DNA from: a virus
Direction: 5' to 3' (one strand)
Virus genome (UHGV): UHGV-0201843
Length of the DNA: 18,268 bases
Part shown: piece after piece, positions 15,237 through 18,268 of the stretch
Numbering within the stretch: the first letter of the stretch is position 1
Layout: every line of letters begins with the position of its first letter
The notes under the pieces: generated by a model
Told to the model about the DNA's origin: nothing
The model's input: only the letters and a program-made list of their open reading frames with translations
Database searches by the model: none
Translations under genes and position numbers: made by a program

Positions 15237-16221
15237 AATTATCAGTCTTGATATTCATTATATCCATTTCAGATATAGCTTCATCATCATAATAAGGGTG
15301 AATATCCAAATTAAAACGACGATTTAACATTTCAAAAGGGTAGCGACCTCTTAAATAAATATTACTATTTGATGTAGTAAATGAACGGTTTGATTTTGCT
15401 TCAGTGTCACTGACACCACTTTCTTTATCTACTGCAAGTGAATTGACACCTAAGAAATTTGATAACTCACTGACTTTGTTTTGATACTCTCTTTTCATCT
15501 CAACTAAAGCAGTAGTTACAAAATCACTACCCAAATCAATGATATCTTCATCAGGATCAATATAATGATCTGTTTTAATAAAAGGTGCACCATTATACAA
15601 TTTATTAATAAATTGGTTTATTGTTTCATCTTGAATATCAGATAAAAATATTTTACTAAATTTAGATTGCATAATAAGTGAAAAACGACTTAATATAATT
15701 TCTGCTAACTCATCACAATAATGTTCTATAATTTGATAATCATTATTTAAATTAATAGGTTTATTGCGTAATACAATAAAATCACCACTTTGGCAATTAT
15801 CATAGTATTCAATTTCTAACGCATATTCTGGTCTTAAATATTCTGGAATGATAAATGTAATATCATCTTGAGTTAATCGTCTGTTAAAAGTTAAATTGAA
15901 GTTATTGATAAAATCGTTACTATTTTTATAATACATAGATTGAATATACCCTAATATCATAATGACACCATTTCTAGCTTTACCAACCACAACTTGATAC
16001 CCTTGTCTTAATGCAATCTCAAGTTGTAAAAAGTCAATACCAACACTTTTTTGATTGGTGTAATTAATAAGTAGTGGTAAAAATTCAACGTAACGATTAA
16101 AAATTAACCGACGAAATCGGTTTCTATGTTCCATAATTCGTCGGTCAATATCTTCTGGCAATTCAACTTTTAAACCACCATTATTATCTTTACCAATATA
16201 ATCGTTGTCTAAATAATTCAT
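15214..16221 (-). CDS. Portal / upper collar (connector) protein, 335 aa
   Basis: AGGAGG RBS then ATG at 16221. N-terminal basic RNA/DNA-binding-like motif EHRNRFRRLIFNRYVEF resembles the phi29 gp10 RQKRNRWFIHYLNYL segment. Size close to gp10. Confidence 0.65.
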   Translation of the reverse strand: MNYLDNDYIGKDNNGGLKVELPEDIDRRIMEHRNRFRRLIFNRYVEFLPLLINYTNQKSVGIDFLQLEIALRQGYQVVVGKARNGVIMILGYIQSMYYKNSNDFINNFNLTFNRRLTQDDITFIIPEYLRPEYALEIEYYDNCQSGDFIVLRNKPINLNNDYQIIEHYCDELAEIILSRFSLIMQSKFSKIFLSDIQDETINQFINKLYNGAPFIKTDHYIDPDEDIIDLGSDFVTTALVEMKREYQNKVSELSNFLGVNSLAVDKESGVSDTEAKSNRSFTTSNSNIYLRGRYPFEMLNRRFNLDIHPYYDDEAISEMDIMNIKTDNFGGGKVE

Positions 16222-16239
16222 GGTTTAAAAGCCTCCTTA

Positions 16240-17460
16240 TTATTCTGTTTCTTCGCTATCTTCTGGTTGTTCTTTTGGTGCTTCAGTGATTAATATTTTA
16301 TTGAAGAAAGGTGACATGGCTTTAAATGAATAGTAATGAATCCAGTGTGTGACTTCATCAAATTCACCATTATAAAATGGCTCTTTTAACATGCCTTTTG
16401 TATTACGTTTGTATTTAAGTGCATTAATATCAAAGATAAATGCGAATAATTCGCCTTGTGGTTTAATTTCTTCAATATTTCCACTAAATTCTTTTAAGTT
16501 TGATACATCAAACGTAAATACTGAACCTGTAGGGATTACATCACCAATCATTGCTTGATAATCACCAAAAGCACGTAAGTAATTAATTGTATCTTCATTA
16601 GATAGTGTGACATCTTTTGTTGTTTTATACACACCACCTAAATCATCAAAACTGATAATGTGATCTGTGAAATCAATACCAGCCATTTGGAAAGTGTTCG
16701 CTATTTTCGTATCAAGTAAATATGATTTAAGTGAATCTGTCGTTAAAATTGCAATATCTTTTAATTTAGATACCGTTGTATATTGTCCTACTGTACCACC
16801 ACTAGCTTTATGAACCTCATTGTATTTGGCACTGTTGTTTTGCATGTTTAAAATTGCTTCAAATACACGTTCAGTTAAATCTTCTTTTGATGAAGCAGTA
16901 CGACGGTTTGAATCTTGTAATTGATTAATTGCATAATCAACCATCATTGCTCTTATTTCTTTTTCTTCTTGAACATTAATATCAGAAATCTTTTTACGTA
17001 ATACACCTAACGCATAATTTGTAGCGTCACCTAATGTTTGGAAATTAAAACGAACATCATTATTATTCAATGTGAATTTCTGTTTTTTAACTATTCCGGA
17101 ACCGTATAAACGCGTTGCCATTTGTGGATAGTTACGTTTTAACATTAATTCTTCTGATTTTGATAAATTCATTTCAATAGGGATCGTATCCATGATGACA
17201 TATTCTTCAGAATATTGTCCGATAAAATCTTGCTCTTTTGCTAACCAATTAAAACGATTTCCCAATGCAATATCAATGAGTAATGTTTCATTGATTTTAG
17301 GGAATAAGTATTTATTCACATATGTTTCAAACATTGTATTTACATTAGACCAATTCTCACCAAAAGTCCATTGCTTACCATAATCATGGTTAAAATCTTG
17401 CAATGACGCTTTTGTTGAATCAGCAATTAAAGTAGGTATATCTGTTTTTTTAGTTGCCAT
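16240..17460 (-). CDS. Major capsid protein, 406 aa
   Basis: GGAGGAG RBS 7 nt before ATG at 17460. Size and position (after scaffold-like gene, before portal) match the MCP of P68-like phages. Confidence 0.6.
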   Translation of the reverse strand: MATKKTDIPTLIADSTKASLQDFNHDYGKQWTFGENWSNVNTMFETYVNKYLFPKINETLLIDIALGNRFNWLAKEQDFIGQYSEEYVIMDTIPIEMNLSKSEELMLKRNYPQMATRLYGSGIVKKQKFTLNNNDVRFNFQTLGDATNYALGVLRKKISDINVQEEKEIRAMMVDYAINQLQDSNRRTASSKEDLTERVFEAILNMQNNSAKYNEVHKASGGTVGQYTTVSKLKDIAILTTDSLKSYLLDTKIANTFQMAGIDFTDHIISFDDLGGVYKTTKDVTLSNEDTINYLRAFGDYQAMIGDVIPTGSVFTFDVSNLKEFSGNIEEIKPQGELFAFIFDINALKYKRNTKGMLKEPFYNGEFDEVTHWIHYYSFKAMSPFFNKILITEAPKEQPEDSEETE

Positions 17461-17473
17461 TGTTTAACTCCTC

Positions 17474-17665
17474 CTATACTTCTTGTGTACCTTCATCACT
17501 ATATGATTGTTTTGTTAATGAATGAACTTGTCGTCCGTATTCATCTTCTGATTTTGATGTAGCAATACTCATATTTTCATTTAATTCTCTTGATTTATTT
17601 AAACGTGAATCTTCATAATTGGCATGTGTCATGCCACGCATTTCATTTCCATCAAATACTGACAT
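17474..17665 (-). CDS. Small polar protein (about 63 aa) between scaffold-like and capsid genes, unknown function
   Basis: AGGAGTG RBS then ATG at 17665 (MSVFDGNEM...). The track start 17674 is a GTG within the RBS. Confidence 0.5.
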   Translation of the reverse strand: MSVFDGNEMRGMTHANYEDSRLNKSRELNENMSIATSKSEDEYGRQVHSLTKQSYSDEGTQEV

Positions 17666-17677
17666 ATTTTTCACTCC

Positions 17678-18001
17678 TTATAAATTTAACATTTCTTTAA
17701 TTTCTTCACTTGATTCAATACCATCTGTTTCTTGATCGTCATCAACTTCAGTAGGTGATGTTTTATCTTCAAAATTTGGATCACTTGATGTTTCATTAGT
17801 TGATTGTGCTTCTTGATTATTCAATCGTTGCTCTAATGCAGTCACACGTTGTTCTAATTGAACAAAAGCCTCTGATTTTTCTTCTGTTGTTTCTTTTTCT
17901 GGTTCAGTGACAACATCTTCTGCACTTTCAATTTTTTCTGGTGATTCTTCTGTTGATTCTGTTTCAGGTTCTTCTTTGATAATTTTTTCTTCTTCTGCCA
18001 T
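17678..18001 (-). CDS. Acidic coiled-coil head protein (scaffolding or inner-core candidate), 107 aa
   Basis: GAGGTG RBS 9 nt before ATG at 18001. Very acidic (E/D/S/T-rich) with central heptad-like LEQRVTALEQRLNNQE. First gene of the late operon, as for phi29 gene 7. Confidence 0.55.
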   Translation of the reverse strand: MAEEEKIIKEEPETESTEESPEKIESAEDVVTEPEKETTEEKSEAFVQLEQRVTALEQRLNNQEAQSTNETSSDPNFEDKTSPTEVDDDQETDGIESSEEIKEMLNL

Positions 18002-18058
18002 TTTATTTACACCTCTTTATTTTATAAAAATAATTAAGCAAATAATTTGCTTGTTTCA

Positions 18059-18087
18059 ATTATAACATAAAAATAAATAAATGTATA
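18059..18087 (-). promoter_or_regulatory. Late-operon promoter on minus strand with extended -10 (TATACA - 17 bp - TGTTATAAT)
   Basis: On the minus strand: TATAAT = complement of 18059-18064, TGT = complement of 18065-18067, -35-like TATACA = complement of 18082-18087. About 55 nt upstream of the first late gene. Confidence 0.45.
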
Positions 18088-18094
18088 AATTTGT

Positions 18095-18268
18095 ATCGTT
18101 TCTTATTCATAATCCATCGTTTAATTTTGAATGTATTTTTCTTAACCTTTTACTCAAAATTTCTCTCGCAATGCGCTCAAATTATAGTCTCGTTTTTGGG
18201 AGGGGGTGGGGTGAAGTATAAGAAAAATACATTCAAAATTAAACGATGGATTATGAATAAGAAACGAT
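18095..18268. repeat. Right terminal fold-back element: perfect 50-bp inverted repeat (18095-18144 vs 18219-18268) enclosing the inverted copy of the 65-bp ITR core (18164-18228)
   Basis: Direct reading: reverse complement of 18219-18268 equals 18095-18144 exactly. The repeat ends at the last base of the window. 18164-18228 is the exact reverse complement of 41-105. Confidence 0.85.

Noticed and set aside
14392-15327. Cluster of five overlapping ORFs (both strands) across the lower collar gene
   Set aside because: All are alternative frames of the same AT-rich segment and mutually exclusive. The 283-aa frame is the only one in synteny with the portal and fibre genes, although its own start is weak.
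17192-17383. Plus-strand ORF inside the major capsid gene
   Set aside because: Antisense to the capsid ORF, which has a strong GGAGGAG RBS. No RBS.
1-18268. Looked for integrase, repressor/Cro, tRNA, CRISPR arrays and insertion sequences
   Set aside because: None present. Every sizeable ORF is accounted for by phage replication, structure or lysis functions. The phage is therefore assumed strictly lytic and the window contains no host DNA.

Overview
The window reads as a complete or near-complete ~18.3-kb genome of a small, AT-rich (about 30% GC), phi29-like podophage of Staphylococcus. It resembles the Picovirinae group of Rosenblumvirus, 44AHJD, P68 and Andhra. All genes sit in two convergent arms.

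Left arm, plus strand (289-7057), carries early and replication genes. In order:
- two small proteins of unknown function
- a 169-aa protein whose C-terminus (DISDEDIPF) copies the bacterial SSB tip
- a small membrane-anchored protein
- a 409-aa fusion protein with a C-terminal SGNH/GDSL-type hydrolase domain
- a basic 167-aa protein
- a phi29 gp16-like DNA-encapsidation ATPase
- a protein-primed family-B DNA polymerase with exonuclease motifs I-III and polymerase motifs A, B, C and KxY

Right arm, minus strand (18001 down to 7164), carries morphogenesis and lysis genes. In order:
- an acidic scaffold-like protein
- a 63-aa protein
- the major capsid protein
- the portal/upper collar protein, with an RNRF motif like phi29 gp10
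- the lower collar protein
- a beta-helix tail fibre/appendage
- an Amidase_2 endolysin with an SH3-like wall-binding domain
- a coiled-coil fibre-like protein that contains a 93-nt tandem duplication
- a gp9-like tail knob
- a 3-TM holin
- a CHAP-containing virion-associated peptidoglycan hydrolase

The arms meet at a bidirectional rho-independent terminator that overlaps the polymerase stop codon. Three strong sigma-A-type promoters are visible: the early left promoter, the polymerase promoter and the late promoter at the right end. The latter two use TGTTATAAT extended -10 elements. No integrase, repressor, tRNA or CRISPR is present, which points to a strictly lytic phage.

The most unusual feature is at the termini. 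Each end is a fold-back element: a perfect 39-bp (left) or 50-bp (right) inverted repeat whose outer arm coincides exactly with the window edge. Each encloses a spacer carrying a 65-bp sequence that is perfectly inverted between the two ends. This inverted terminal repeat (ITR) core carries a C-rich/G-rich box.

Other notable points are the SGNH hydrolase fusion in the early arm, the SSB-tip mimic and a lysis cassette split across the tail genes. The CHAP domain sits on a structural protein rather than on the endolysin. A terminator has a possible embedded promoter. No terminal protein is recognisable. Numerous antisense ORFs in the supplied track are judged spurious.
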